Source of the DNA: Eledone cirrhosa
Taxonomy: Eukaryota
Direction: 5' to 3'
Length of the DNA stretch: 64,000 nt
Assembly (NCBI GenBank): GCA_964016885.1
Contig: OZ024744.1
Span: 103,788,001 to 103,852,000 of the forward strand
Shown here: positions 35,238-50,500 of the stretch, one piece after another
Layout: each line of letters starts with the position of its first letter
Numbering within the stretch: position 1 is the first letter of the stretch
Translations under genes and position numbers: made by a program
Notes under the pieces: generated by a model
What the model saw: the letters and a program-made list of their open reading frames with translations, nothing else
Databases searched by the model: none
Told to the model about the DNA's origin: nothing

Positions 35238-35490
35238 TGCTCATGAAATCAGTGTGCAAGTGGCTGAGCATCCCTTAGACAAGTATACTCTTAATGTAAT
35301 TCTTAAAGAGATTCAGTATAAAAGAGTGTATGATGAGGCTGGCACTTTGAATTACAAGTACAACTCATTTTTACCAGCTAAGAAGACTGAAACAATGTTA
35401 AATTAAGTCACAATGTCTGACTGAGAACTGAACCCACAACCTTACAACTGTGAGACAAACACTCTAACCACTAAGTCACATGCCTTCTCG
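35238..35490 (-). mobile_element. tRNA-derived SINE with Pol III A/B boxes
   Basis: Minus head GAAGGCATGTGACTTAGTGGTTAGAGTG...GTGGGTTCAGTTCTC. Body homologous to 62090-62220. Confidence 0.7.
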
Positions 35491-35666
35491 TAGTGTTTCT
35501 ACTGAAATCTCATCTTTTGTTAATAGCTGTGTCATTTTATTCTTTACACTTTAACATTAACAATGACAATTTTAAAGCTGACATATATTTGATATTTTAA
35601 CATCTTAAAAGTTCAAATGAAAACTGAAGATACAGGACATTTTCTGTCACATCTAATAACATGTTA

Positions 35667-35702
<36 letters not shown>

Positions 35703-35747
35703 TATCATCACCACACTATCATCAGCATCACCATCATCATCATCATT
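35667..35747. repeat. (ATC)n microsatellite
   Basis: Direct reading. Confidence 0.9.
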
Positions 35748-35927
35748 GCAACTATTAAAACCATATTTATCAGTAAGGTTAAGCTTAAAAATAATGAAAA
35801 CTTTGGAGGAATGTAGGATTATAACTAATAAGATGGTGTAAGGGTGGCAGAATCATTATAGTGTCTGACAAAGAGAAAACCATTAGCTTGAGTAACTATT
35901 CTTAAGAAAGGCATAGGTCCCTGTTAT

Positions 35928-36862
35928 GCCTAGTCTAAATATAACATTTATCAAATATAAGGACAACAGGTCTTGTTAGACTGTTTCAGTTAAGCCTAGT
36001 CTAAATATAACATTTATCAAATATAAGGACAACAGGTCTTGTTAGACTGTTTCAGTTAAGCCTAGTCTAAATATAACATTTATCAAATATAAGGACAACA
36101 GGTCTTGTTAGACTGTTTCAGTTAAGCCTAGTCTAAATATAACATTTATCAAATATAAGGACAACAGGTCTTGTTAGACTGTCTCAGTTAAGCCTAGTCT
36201 AAATATAACATTTATCAAATATAAGGACAACAGGTCTTGTTAGACTGTCTCAGTTAAGCCTAGTCTAAATGTAACATTTATCAAATATAAGGACAACAGG
36301 TCTTGTTAGACTGTCTCAGTTAAGCCTAGTCTAAATATAACATTTATCAAATATAAGGACAACAGGTCTTGTTAGACTGTCTCAGTTAAGCCTAGTCTAA
36401 ATATAACATTTATCAAATATAAGGACAACAGGTCTTGTTAGACTGTCTCAGTTAAGCCTAGTCTAAATATAACATGTATCAAATATAAGGACAACAGGTC
36501 TTGTTAGACTGTCTCAGTTAAGCCTAGTCTAAATATAACATTTATCAAATATAAGGACAACAGATGTTGTTAGACTGTTTCAGTTAAGCCTAGTCTAAAT
36601 ATAACATTTATCAAATATAAGGACAACAGGTCTTGTTAGACTGTTTCAGTTAAGCCTAGTCTAAATATAACATTTATCAAATATAAGGACAACAGGTCTT
36701 GCTAGACTGTTTCAGTTAAGCCTAGTCTAAATATAACATTTATCAAATATAAGGACAACAGGTCTTGCTAGACTGTTTCAGTTAAGCCTAGTCTAAATAT
36801 AACATTTATCAAATATAAGGACAACAGGTCTTGCTAGACTGTTTCAGTTAAGCCTAGTCTAA
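35928..36862. repeat. 66-bp minisatellite, 14 full copies plus 11 bp
   Basis: Unit GCCTAGTCTAAATATAACATTTATCAAATATAAGGACAACAGGTCTTGTTAGACTGTYTCAGTTAA. Confidence 0.97.
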
Positions 36863-37204
36863 TCATGTTATAGATGACTGAGAAAATAAATATTTTGAGT
36901 GAAAAACATTTAGGTTTCATTTGGCTTACTCTTAAAATAGGGAGAAATGAAAATATTATGTATGAATTAAATATTTTAATGATGAAATAATTTATAGTTA
37001 ATAAAAATGTAGCATTCTAGTTGGTAGAGTTTTTTTAATCTTAACTCTAATGCAATGATTTTTTTTAATCTTAACTCTAATGCAATGATTTATGAAAAAA
37101 TATCTAAAAAAAAAACAGCCTTGTTAATTCAAATGTTTATAGTATTTTTACTAGTGGACAGATCATTGAGTAAAGATTTTAATTTTTAATGTGAAACAGT
37201 CATA

Positions 37205-38418
37205 TATACCACTTAGACCACCTACTCTCTCCACATCCTATCAACTGAGAGCTTGACTTCAAACTCTCCAAACTTAAGCAGTCTATTTTTAGCATATTAT
37301 TAAAACATAAGAAGGTACTCCCTAACCTCTCCAGGAAACAACAACTCATTCTAAACAACATGCATGAGAAGACCTCGTATACCTCCCTTCCAACAAAGGG
37401 AAAGAATTCTGCATCATCTCAATAGACACATACAATAGCTTGGCATATGAGCATCTTAACAACAGTGAACTGTATACAGAAGTGACAGACATAGCTGCAT
37501 CCTAGATTGAAGATCTACATACACCACCTGGGACAGATATCTGCAGACGTAGACAACTCCCCAACAAATATAAAAACAACCTCACCACCAGCAACAGCAG
37601 ACTACCAACATTCTACCACCTCATTAAAACCCACAAAACCAGTGTTAATCTACAGATTAGACCAATTGTCTCGAGTAGAGACGGACCTCTCTATAAAATC
37701 TCCTGGTTCCTCTCCCAGATCCTCAAACTTATGCTTGCTACTTTTCCTGAACATGTCAGCAGCTCCGACTTGACCAATTGTCTCGAGTAGAGACGGACCT
37801 CTATAAAATCTCCTGGTTCCTCTCCCAGATCCTCAAACTTATGCTTGCTACTTTTCCTGAACATGTCAGCAGCTCCGACTTGACCAATTGTCTCGAGTAG
37901 AGACGGACCTCTCTATAAAATCTCCTGGTTCCTTTCCCAGATCCTCAAACTTATGCTTGCTACTTTTCCTGAACATATCAGCAGCTCCGACAAAGTCATA
38001 CAAAGACTACATCAACTACAACCTAACCAATTTAAACTCAAAATTGGTTAGGTTGCTTTTAAACTCAACGTTGTCTCCCTCTACACGACAGTGCCATCCA
38101 GCGGTCAACCTAGTGACTGACTGCATCATTTCATACAACATATACTGCTTTGACCTCGCTCCGCAAGACATACATCAGCTTTATCCGTCATCATAGAAAA
38201 TATATATATTTCACTTTCCACCACCACCACCCATACAAACAAACAACAGGCCTACCCATGGGGTCCAGTCTTTCAGGCCTTCTAGCCATCACCTATATGA
38301 ACCAACACCAACTGGAACGTTGAGCGCTCAACACCTGTCGCTCCTCCTGTATTTTCTTCACCCGATACATAGATGATATACTCAACCTCACATCATCCCG
38401 TGAAGAGGTTGACATAAT
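37205..38418 (+). mobile_element. Penelope-like element RT remnant with an internal ~110-bp triplication
   Basis: KGKEFCIISIDTY...EHLNNSELYTEV, FYHLIKTHK, RPIVSSRDGPLYKISWFLSQIL (three times, 37660-37991), GLPMGSSLSGLLAITYM, RYIDDIL. Confidence 0.85.
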
Positions 38419-38546
38419 ATGGTGGTGGTGGTGGTGGTGGTGGTGGTGGTGGTGATGATGATGATGATGGAGATGAATATGGTGGTGATGATGATGATGG
38501 TGATGGTGGTGATGATGATAATGATGGTGATGATGATGGTAGTGAT

Positions 38547-38579
<33 letters not shown>

Positions 38580-38694
38580 GGTGCTGGTGCTGGTGGAGAA
38601 GGTGAGGTGGTGGTGGTGATTGTGATGGTGGTGATGATGATGGTGTTGGTGATGGTGGTGATGGGGGTGATGATGATGGTGTTGGTGATGGTGG

Positions 38695-38725
<31 letters not shown>

Positions 38726-39645
38726 GCTGGTGGAGAAGGTGAGGTGGCGGTGGTGATTGTGATGGTGGTGATGATGATGGTGTTGGTGATGGTGGTGGTA
38801 GTAGTGGTGGTGGTGATGATGGTGGTGATAGTGGTAGTGGTGGTGATGATGGTGATGGTGATGGTGGTGGTGATGATGGTGGTGATGATTATGATGGTGG
38901 TGGTGATGGTGGTGATGGTGTTGGTGATGGTGATGGTGGTGGTGGTGGTGGTGGAGGGTGATGGCAGTGGTGGGGGGGGGGGTTAGAAATGGTGATGGTG
39001 TTGGTGGTGGTGGTGGTGGTGGTGGTGGTGGTGGTGGTGGTGGTGGTTGTGGTGACCGTGGTGGTGGTGGTGATCGTGGTGATGGTGGTGGTGGTGGTGG
39101 TGGTAGTGGTGGTGGTGGTGGTGGTGGAGGTGGTGGAGGTGGTGGAGGTGGTGATGGTAGTGGTGGTGATGGTGGTGGTGGTGATGGTGGTGGTGGTGGT
39201 GATGGTGGTGGTGGTGGTGGTGGTGGTGGTGGTGGTGGTGGTGGTGGTGGTGGTGGTGGTGGTGGTGGTGGTGGTGGTGGTGGTGGTGAGGGTGGGGGTG
39301 GTAATGGTGATGATGGGGATGATGGTGATGGTGGTGGTGATGGTAGTGGTGGTGATGGTGGTGGTGATGGTGGTGATGGTAGTGGTGGTGATGGTGGTGG
39401 TGATGGTGGTGGTGGTGGTGATGATGATGGTGGTGAGGGTGGGGGTGGTAATGGTGATGGTGATGATGATGATGGTGTTGGTGGTGAGGGTGGGGGTGGT
39501 AATGGTGATGATGGGGATGATGGTGATGGTGGTGGTGATGGTAGTGGTGGTGATGGTGGTGGTGATGGTGGTGATGGTAGTGGTGGTGATGGTGTTGGTG
39601 ATGGTGGTGATGGTGGTGATGGTGGTGATGGTGGTGATGATGATG
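38419..39645. repeat. (GGT/GAT)n compound trinucleotide expansion, ~1.2 kb
   Basis: Direct reading. Source of the poly-G/V/H pseudo-ORFs. Confidence 0.97.
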
Positions 39646-39974
39646 GAATGTGTCAGTTAAAGACATTTACTGGGGACAGTGTCAATTGGTATGTAATGTT
39701 AAACTGTCCTTTCTACTACTAATAGCTGGAAATTATAATGTCTAAGTTAGTACATCTAGGGTGAGAAAGGCCAAGAAATAGAACAGATCATCATTATGTC
39801 AGGATCTAACCTTGCAGTGTTTGTTCTGGATCTCTGCGTTCTGAGTTCAAATCCTGCCAGGATCAATAAAATATAAAAACCAATCTAAGATGATGAAATG
39901 GTAAAATTGTTAGAGTATTGAACAAGATGCCTTTGAGTATTTGTTCTGGCTCTGAATTCATATTCTCTTGTGGC

Positions 39975-41490
39975 ATTGTGGCCTAATTGAGTGGTAGACT
40001 TGATATTACTGCTCAACTGTTGCTCCTTGTCCCAATTCTCATTTCACCAGAATCTGTCCTTTTACTTCTTGTGGAAGAGATGTGTTCCACTGGTCTGGCA
40101 GTCCATCTGCTGTCAACACTCTTTACATGGAAGACACGGTATATGGTATGCTGTGAGAGTTAATACACAAAATTGTGCTGAGGCTATGGCATTTGCAGAC
40201 ATCCTTGATGGGAAACACGTCTGGATACCCTTTATCAGTTGCATCTTTCCACAGCTCGTCTTTTTGACAGAGCTGTAGTCTAGGGTCATGTGAAAACTGA
40301 GACTGAGGGCATGGCATCTGGAATGTTCTGAGGCACTCACAGCCCACTACCAGTTGAGCAATGTGGTTGGTGGAAATTCCATGCTAGTGTTCTACAGAGG
40401 ATTAATGGTGAGCAGGTGTGACAATATTCTTGGGGAAAATCTAGGCATTGACCAGAATAAACAGACTGGTCTGTTGTCAGAACTTTCAGCATGGGGATTA
40501 TAGATAATTTTCAGAAATCACTGGCCTGACATTACTACAAGGAAGACACTGCTGATTCAAGACAAACTCCTCAGCCACAAAAGTGCTGTCAGACAAACCT
40601 GTCCAAGATGCACGCAAAGAAATAAAATCATTCTTGTTGAGTTTTTCCAGAAATCTCTGGCCTGACAGTGCTACTGGGAGTATTACAAGTTCAAGATAAA
40701 TTCTGCAAGCATGGGAGGTGTTATCAGCTGTATCTGTCTAAGATGTGTACAGCTCAATGTTGCCATCTTGCACACACTCATCCAGTGTCCAAGCATTGTT
40801 GACTTGTGGAGCTATGTCAAACAGCTGTTATTACATGTAAGATGGATCTGGCTATCAGCTGAGTCCATCGTAAAGTTAACCCTACTATCTTCCTTTAGTT
40901 GAGAAGGGCAAGCTATTGTCATTTACCTGGTGGCCATGGTGAAAAAGATTGGTGGTGGATGTGCTTGAAAGGATTGAGGACAGACACTTTCCTCTTCAGC
41001 AGAACTCTGATCAACGTTTTCAAATTTCATTTGAAGAGAAAAATCAGGGTGGAAAGAGAAGTGCTACTTTCCAAACAGTTTGTAGAAGGTGGATGAGGGT
41101 GATGAGCATGGTCTAAATGAATGGGCTTGCTCTGAGTGTGCACTTGTAGATTGGAGGAGGACAACTGGGAGGCAGCGCTTGCCCTAATGGTCAGAATGAT
41201 TGTAGCTTTTTAAGGGCTTTCTCTACAAGTGACACTCAGAAGTCACCCTACTATTGTTTTTTGTTTGGTGTTCTATAGAGGGTTAAAGGAGGAAAAACAA
41301 CAACGTTATTGGGGAGATTCTTGACGTCAATGAAAATCAACTAGACATTCTTTCCTGGAGGACTTTCTGACCAGAAATCCCAGGCCTGGCAGAACTACCG
41401 GGGAACGTTACCAGTTCAAGATAAACTTTACAGACATGGAAGTGTCATCAGCTGAGAATGTCCAAGATATACACAGAGTTACAAAACTGT
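39975..41490 (+). mobile_element. Tx1/L1-like LINE 3' remnant(s) with zf-RVT-type C-terminal domain
   Basis: FQKSLA...LQVQDK...CICLRC...ILHTLIQCPSIVDLWSYV. A second partial copy at 41300-41470 reads QKSQAWQNYRGTLPVQDKLYRHG...CPR. Confidence 0.65.
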
Positions 41491-41544
41491 CCATAGTACA
41501 TAAAACTGCTAATTGGAGATTGTTGCTTCTGAAAAGTTGTAAAG

Positions 41545-44500
41545 GCAACAGTTATAACAACACCAGTTATAACAACAATAGAAATAACAACAACAGTTAT
41601 AACAACAACAGATATGACAACAACAATTAGAACAACAGCTATATCAACAACAGTAAATAACAACAGTTATAAAATCTGTTATAACAAGAGTTATAATAAC
41701 AACAGTTATAACAACACCAGTTATAACAACAACAGTTATAATAAAGTTAAAACAACAACAGTTATAACAACAACAGTTATAACAACACCAGTTATAACAA
41801 CACCAGTTATAACAACAACAGTTATAACAACACCACTTATAACAACAACAGTTATAATAACAACTGTTATAACAACACTAGTTATAACTGTTGTCGGTAT
41901 AACTGTTGGTATAACTGTTGTCGTTATAACTGTTGTTGTTTTAACTGCTGTTGTTATATTTGTGATAACCAGTTATAGCAATAGTTATAACCAGTTATAA
42001 CTGGTGTTGTTATAACAGTTGTTGTTATAACTGTTGTTGCTATAGCAGTTGTTAAACTGATGTTATAACTGTGGTTGTTAAAACTGTTGTTGTTATAACT
42101 GTTGTTGATATAACTGGTGTTGTTATAATTGGTGTTGTTATAACTGTTGTTATTATAACTGTTATTATAACTATTGTTGTTATAACTGGTGTTGTTATAA
42201 CTGGTGTTGTTATAACTGTTATTGTTATAACTGTTGTTGTTATAACTGTTGTTGTTATAACTGGTATTTGTATAACTGTTTTATAACTGTTGCTGATATA
42301 ACTGTTTTTGTTATAACTGTTGTTGATATAACTGTTATAACTGTTGTTGTCATAACTGTTATAACCAGTTATAACAACAACAGTTATAACAAAAAGCAGC
42401 TATATCAACAACACTTATAAAAACGGTTAAAACAACGCCAGTTATAGCAACAAAGGTTCTAACAACACCAGTTATAACAACACCAGTTATTACAACAGTT
42501 ATAACAACAACAGTTATATCAACAACATTTATAGCAAGAACAGTTATTACAACATTTATAACAACAACAGTTATAACAACAGTTATAACAACAACAGTTA
42601 TAACAACAACAGTTATAACAACAACAGTTATAATAACAACAGTTGTAACAACAATAGTTATTACAACAGTTATAACAACAGTTATAACAACAACAGTTAT
42701 AACAACAAGAGTTATAACAACGACAGTTATAACAACAAGTGTGATAACAACAACAGTTATAACAACAGTTATAACAACACAATTAATAACAACAACAGTT
42801 ATAACAACAACAGTTATGACAACAGTTATAACAACAACAGTTATAACAAAACAAGTTATAACAACAACAGTTATAACAAAAACAGTTATAAAAACAATAG
42901 TTATAACAACAGTTATGAAGACAACAGTTATAACAAATAGAGTTATGACAACAGTTATAAAAACAACAGTTATAACAACACCAGTTATAACAACAAGAGA
43001 TATAACAACAACAATTAGAACAACAGTAAATAACAACAGTTATAACAACAGTTATAACAACAACCATTATAACAAGATTTATAATAACAACAGTTATAAC
43101 AACACCAGTTATAACAACAACAGTTATAACAACACAGTTATAACAACAAGAGTTATAACAACAACAGTTATAACAATAACAGTTATAACAACAACTGTTA
43201 TAACAACAACAGTTATAACAACAACAGTTATGAAAACAACAGTTATAACAACAGCAGTTATAACAACAACAGTTATAACAACACCAGTTATAACAACAAA
43301 AGTTATAACAACAGTTATATCAAAAACAGTTATAACAACAACAGTTATACCAAAAACAGTTATATCATCAAAGGTTATAACAATAGTTATAACAACGCCA
43401 GTTATAACAACACCAGTTATAACAACAACAGTTATAACAACAACAGAAATAACATCAGTTATGAAAACAACGGTTATAACAACACCAGTTATAACAACAA
43501 CTGTTAAAACAACAGCAGTTATAACAACAACAGTTATAACAACAACAGTTATAACAATAACAGTTATAACAACAACAGTTTTAACAACAACAGTTATAAC
43601 AACAACTGTTATAACAACGACAGTTATAAGAACACCAGTTATAACAACACCAGTTTTTAACAACAACAGTTATAACAACAACTGTTATAACAACGACAGT
43701 TATAAGAACACCAGTTATAACAACACCAGTTTTTAACAACAACAGTTATAACAACAGCAGTTTTAACAACGACAGTTATAAGAACAACATTTATAACAAC
43801 AACAGTTATAACAACAACAGTTTTTAACAACAACAGTTATAACAACAACTGTTATAACAACGACAGTTATAAGAACAACAGTTATAACAACAACAGTTAT
43901 CACAACAACAGTTATAACAACACCGATTATAATAACACCAGTTATAACACCAGTTATGACAACAACAGTTATAACAACAACAGTTATAACAACAACTGTT
44001 ATAACAACGACAATTATAACAACAGCAGTTATAACAACATCAGTTATAACAACAACAGTTATAACAACACCAGTTATAACAACAACAGTTATAACAACAA
44101 CAGTTATAACAACAATAGTTATAACACCAGTTATAATAACAACATTTATAACAACAACAGTTTTAATAACAACAGTTATAACAACAACTGTTATAACAAG
44201 GACTGTTATAACACCGACAGTTATAAGAACACCAGTTATAACAACAACAGTTTAAACAATGACAGTTATAACAACATTTATAACATAAAGAGTTATAACA
44301 ACACCAATTATAACAACAGTTATAACAACATTTATGAAAACAACAGTTATAAGAACAACAGTTATAACAACAGTTATAACAACAATAGTTATAACAACAC
44401 CAGTTATAAGAACAACAGGTATAGTAACAACAGTTATAAAAACAACAGTTACAACAACAACAGTTATAACAAAAACAGTTATAACAACACCAGTTATAAC

Positions 44501-47500
44501 TATACCAGTTATAACAACAACAGATATAACAACAACAGTTATAACACCAGTTATAACAACAACAGTTATAACAGCTGTTATAACAACAAAAGTTATAACA
44601 ACAACAGTTATAACAACAACTGTTATAATGACAACAGTTATAACAACACCAGTTATAACAACATCAATTATAACAACAACAGTTATAACAACAACTGTTA
44701 TAACAAAGACAGTTATCACAACAGTTATAACACCAGTTATAACAACAACAGTGATAACAACAACAGTTATAATAACAGTTATAACAACCCCAATTATAAC
44801 AACAACAGTTATAACAACAACAGTTATAAGAACACCGGTTGTAACAACAACCGTTATAATAACAACAGTTATGAAAACAACAGTTATAACAACGACAGTT
44901 ATATCAACGAAAGTTATAACAACAAGAGTTATAAAAACAACAGTTATAACAACACCAGTTATGACAACAACAGTTGTCATAACTGTTATAAGAACACCAG
45001 TTATAACAACACAAGTTAATACAGTTGTCGGTTTAACTGTTGTTATAACAGTTGTTGTCATAACTCTTGTGGTTATAACTGGTGTTATTATCACTGGTGT
45101 TGTTATAACTGTTATAACGAGTTATAACAACGACAGTTATAACAAAAACTGTTATATGAACAACAGTTATAAAATCAGTTAAAATAACACCAGTTGTAGC
45201 AACAACAGTTATAACAACACAAGTTATAACATCACCAGTTATAACAACAGCAGTTATATCAGCAACAGTTATAACATCAGTTATAAAAACTGTTATAGCA
45301 ACAAAAGTTATAACAACAACAGTTATAACACCAATTATAATAACACCGGCTATAACAACAACAGTTATATCAACAACAGCTATAACAACGAGAGTTATAA
45401 GAACAGTTATAACGACAGTTATAACAACAAACAGTTACTACAAGAACAGTTATAACACCAGTTATCACGAGAACAATTATAACAAAAACAGTTATAACAA
45501 CAGTTATAAAAACAACAGTTATAACAATAGTTGTAACAACAGTTATAACAACAGTTATAACAACTGTTGTTGTTATAACTGGTGTTGTTATAACATTTGT
45601 TGTTATAACTGTTGTTTTTATAACTGCTGTTACAACTGTTGTTGTTATAACGTTTGTTGTTATAATTGTTGTTGTTATAAATGTTGTTGTTGTTATAACT
45701 GTTTTTGTTATAACTGTTGTTGTATAACTGTTGTTAATATAACTTGTTATAACTGTTATTGTGATAATTTGTGTTGTTATAACTGTTGTTGTTATAACTT
45801 TTGTTGTTATAACTGCTGTTATAACTGTTGTTGTTATTATTGATTTGCCTATAATTGTTGTTGTTATAACTGTCGTTGTTATAACTGTTGTTATAACTGT
45901 TGTTGATATAACTGTTTTTGTTATAACGGTTGTTATAACTTTTGTTGTTATAACTGGTGTTGTTTTAACTGTTGTTGTTATAACATTTGTTGCTATAATT
46001 GTTGTTGTTATAACTGTTGTTATATCTGTTGTTGATATAAGTGTTTTTGGTATAACTGTTGTTGTTATATCTCTTTTTGATATAACGGTTGTTGTAACGT
46101 TTGTTGTTATAACAGGCGTTGTTATAACTGTTGTTGTTATAACTGTTATTATAACTGTTATTGCTATAACTGTTGTTGTTATAACTGTTTGTTGTTATAA
46201 CCGTTGTTTTAACTGTTGTTAAAACTGGTGTTGTTATAACTTTTTTTGTTATAACTGGTGTTGTTATAACTAGTGTTGTTATAACTGTTGTTGTTATAAC
46301 TGTTGTTGTTTTAACTGTTGTTGTTATACCTGGCGTTGTTATAACTGCTATTATAACTTTTGTTGTTATAAGTGTTGTTATTATGACTGTTGTTGTTATA
46401 ACTGTATTATAACTCTTGTTGTTATGACTGGTGTTATAACTGTTGTTATAACTGTCGTTTTTATAACCGTTGTTGTGATAATTGTTTTATCTTTTGTTGT
46501 TATAACTGTTGTTATAACTGTGGGTTGTTATAACTGGTGTTGTTATAACTGTTGTTATTATAACAGTTGTTGTTAAAACTGTTGTTGTTATAACTCTTGT
46601 TTTTATAACTGGTGTTATAACTGTTGTTGCTATAATTGTTGTTGTTATGATTGTCGTTGTTATAACTGTTGTTATAACTGTTGTTGATATAACTATTTTT
46701 GTTATAACGGTTGTTATAAGTTTTGTTTTTATAACTGGTGTTGTTATAACTGTATTGTTTATTGTTATAACTGTTGTTGTTATAAGCGTATTATAACTGT
46801 TGTTCTTATAATTGGTGTTATAACTGTTGTTGTTATAACTGTTGTTGTTATACCTGTTGTTGTTATAACTGTTGTTATTCTAACTGTTGTTATAACTGGC
46901 GTTCTTATAACTGTCGTTGTTATAACTGGTATTGTGATAACTGTTGTTGTTATAACTGTTGTTGTTTTAACTGTTGTTGTTATAACTGGTGTTCTTATAA
47001 CTGTCGTTGTTATAACTGTTGTTGTTATAACTGTTGTTGTTTTAACAGTTGTTGTTATAGCTGTTGTTGTTATAACTGTTGTTGTTTTAACAGTTGTTGT
47101 TATAACTGTTGTTGTTCTAACTGTTGTTGTTATAAATATTGTTGTTATAACTGTTGTTGTTATAACTGTTGTTAATATAACTGGTGTTATTATAACTGTT
47201 GTTGCTATAACTGGTGTGCTTATAACTGTTGTTGTTATAACTGTGATTATAACTGTTGTCGTTATAACTATTGTTGTTATACAAGTTGTTGTATATAACT
47301 GTGGTTATAACTGTTGTTGTTATAACTGTTCTTGTTAAAGCTGTTATTGTTATAGCTGGGGTTGTTATAACTGTTATTATACATTTTATCGTTATAACTG
47401 TTGCTGTTATAACTATTGTTGTTATAACTGGTGTTGTTATAACTGTTGTTGTTATAACTGTTGTTGTTATAACTGTTGTTGTTATAACTGTTGTTGTTAT

Positions 47501-50500
47501 AACTGTAGTTTTTTTTAATGTTGCTGTTATAACTGTTGTTGTATATAATTGTGGCTAGAACTGTTGTTGTTATAACTGTGGCTAGAACTGTTGTTGTTAT
47601 AACTGTTCTCGTTACAATTGTTGTCGTCATACTGTTGTTTTAACTGTTGTTATATCTGTTGCTGTTATAACTGTTGTTGTTATAATTTTTGTTGTTGTAA
47701 CTGTTGTTATAACTTGTATTTTTATAACTGGTGTTGTTATAACTGTTGTTATTATAACTGTTGTTGTTATAACTGGTGTTGTTATAACTTTTGTTGTTAT
47801 AATTTGTATTGTTATAACTGGTGTTGGTATAACTGGTGTTGGTATAACTGTTGTTGTTATAACTGTTGTTGTTATAACTCTTGTTGTTATAACTTTTGTT
47901 GTTATGACTGGTGTTGTTATAACTTGTATTGTTATAACTGGTGTTAGTATAACTGTTGTTGTTATAACTTGTATTGTTATAACTGGTGTTGGTATAACTG
48001 GTGTTGTTATAACTGTTGTTGTTATAACTGTTGTTGTTATAACTCTTGTTGTTATAACTTTTGTTGTTATAACTGGTGTTGTTATAACTTGTATTGTTAT
48101 AACTGGTGTTGGTATAACTGGTGTTGGTATAACTGTTGTTGTTATAACTGGTGTTGGTATAACTGGTGTTGTTATAACTGTTGTTGTTATAACTGTTGTT
48201 GTTATAACTGTTGTTATAACAGTTGTTATAACTGTTGTTGTTATAACTATTGTCGTTATAACTGTTGTTGTTATAGCTGTTGTTAATATAACTGTGTTGT
48301 TATAACTGTTTTTGTTATAACTGTTGTTGATATAAATGTTGTTGTTGTAACTGTTCTTGTTATAACTGTTGTTGTTATAACTGTTTTAGTTATAATTGTT
48401 GTTGTTATAACTGGCGTTGTTATAACCATTGTTATAACTGTCGTGGTTATAACAGTTGTTGTTATAACTGTTGCTGTTATAACTGGGGTTGTTATAACTG
48501 TTGTTGTTATAACTGTATTGTTATAATTATTGTTGTTATAACTGTCGTGGTTATAACAGTTGTTGTTATAACTGTTGCTGTTATAACTATTGTTGTTATA
48601 TCTGTTGTTGTTATATGTCTTGTGGTTATAACTGGTGTTGTTATAACTTGTGTTGTTATAACTGATGTTGTTATAACTGTTGTTGTTATAAGTGTTGTTG
48701 TTAATACTGTTGTTGTTTTAGCTGTTGTTGTTATAACTCTTGTAGTTATAACTGGTGTTGTTATAACTGTTGTCATTATAACTGTTGTTGTTATAACTGT
48801 TGTTGTAACTGTTGTTGTTATAACTGTTGTTGTAACTGTTGTTGTTATAACTGTTCTAGTCATAACACTTCTTGTTGTAACTGTTGTTGTTATAACTGTT
48901 GCTATTATAACTATTGTTGTTATATCTGTTGTTGTTATATCTCTTGTGGTTATAACTGGTGTTGTTATAACTTGTGTTGTTAAAACTGTTGTTGTTATAA
49001 CTTTTGTTGTTATAACAGTTATTATATAACAGTTTTTGTTATAACAGTTGTTTGTATAACTGTTGTTTTTTAACTGTTGTTGTTATAACTGTTGTTATAA
49101 CTCTTGTTGTTATAACTGTGGTTATAACTGTTGTCGTTATAACGGGTATTGTTAAATCTGTTGTTGTTTTAACTGTTGTTGTTATAACTTGTGTTGTTAT
49201 GACTGTTGTTGTTATAACTATTGTTGTTATAACTGTTGTTGTTATAACTGATGTTGTTATAACTGTTGTTGTTATAAGTGTTGTTGTTATAACTGTTGTT
49301 GTTTTAACTGTTGTTGTTATAACTGTTGTTGTTATAATTGTTGTTGTTTTAACTGTTGTAATTTAACTGGTGTTGTTATAACTGTTATTATAACTGTTGT
49401 TATAATTATTGTTGTTATAAGTGGTGTTGTTATAACTGTTGTTGTTATAACTGTTGTTGCTATAATTGTTGTTATAACTGTTGATATAACTGTTTTTGAT
49501 ATAACGGTTGTTATAACGGTTGTTGTTATAAGTGTTATTATAACTGTTGTTGTTATAACTGTTGTTGTAACTGTTGTTTTCATAACTGTTCTAGTCATAA
49601 CACTTCTTGTTGTAACTGTTGTTGTTAAAACTGTTGTTGTTATAACTTTTGTTGTTATAACAGTTGTTGTTATAACAGTTGTTGTTATAACAGTTGTTGT
49701 TATAACAGTTGTTGTTATAACTGTTGTTTTTGTAACTGTTGTTGTTATAACTGTTGTTATAACTCTTGTTGTTATAGCTGTGGTTATAACTGTTGTTGTT
49801 ATAACTGGTATCGTTAAATCTGTTGTTGTTTTAACTGTTGTTGTTATAACTTGTGTTGTTATGACTGTTGTTGTTATAACTATTGTTGTTATAACTGTTG
49901 TTGTTTTAACTGTTGTTGTTATAACTGTTGTTGTTATAACAGTTGTTGTTATAACTCTTGTTGTTATAACTGGGGTTGTTATAACTGTTATTATAACTTT
50001 TGTTGTTATAACTGTATTGTTATAATTGTTGTTGTTATAACTGGTGTTATCACTGTTGTTGGTATAACTGTTTTTGTTATAACTCTTGTTCTTATAACTG
50101 TTGTTGTTATAACTGATGTTGTTATAACTGCTATTATAACTGTTGTTGCTATAACTGTTGTTATAAATGTTGTTGTTATAACTGTCGTGGTTATAACAGT
50201 TGTTGTTATAACTGGTGTTGTTATAACTGGTATTATAATTGTTGTTGTTATTACAGTTGTTGTTATAATTGTTGTTGTTATAACTGTTGTTGTTATAACT
50301 GTTGTTGTGTTAACTGTTGTTGTTTTAACTGTTGTTGTTATAACTGATGTTGTTATAACTGTTATTATAAGTGTCGTTGATTTAACTGTTGTTGTTATAA
50401 ATGTTGTTGTTATAACTGTTGTTGTTATAAATGTTATTATAACTGTTTTTATTATAACTGTTTTTGTTATAACTCTTGTTGTTATAACTGTTGTTGTTGT

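Noticed and set aside
35411-35490. tRNA-like sequence on the minus strand
   Set aside because: A/B boxes are degenerate, there is no cloverleaf, and it continues into a SINE body, so it is a SINE head.
35928-36862. CRISPR-like appearance of the 66-bp and 59-bp arrays
   Set aside because: Units are contiguous with no unique spacers, there are no cas genes, and the context is eukaryotic.
38419-39722. Poly-Gly, poly-His and poly-Val ORFs of 220-254 aa
   Set aside because: Translations of a (GGT/GAT)n microsatellite with no splice or start context.
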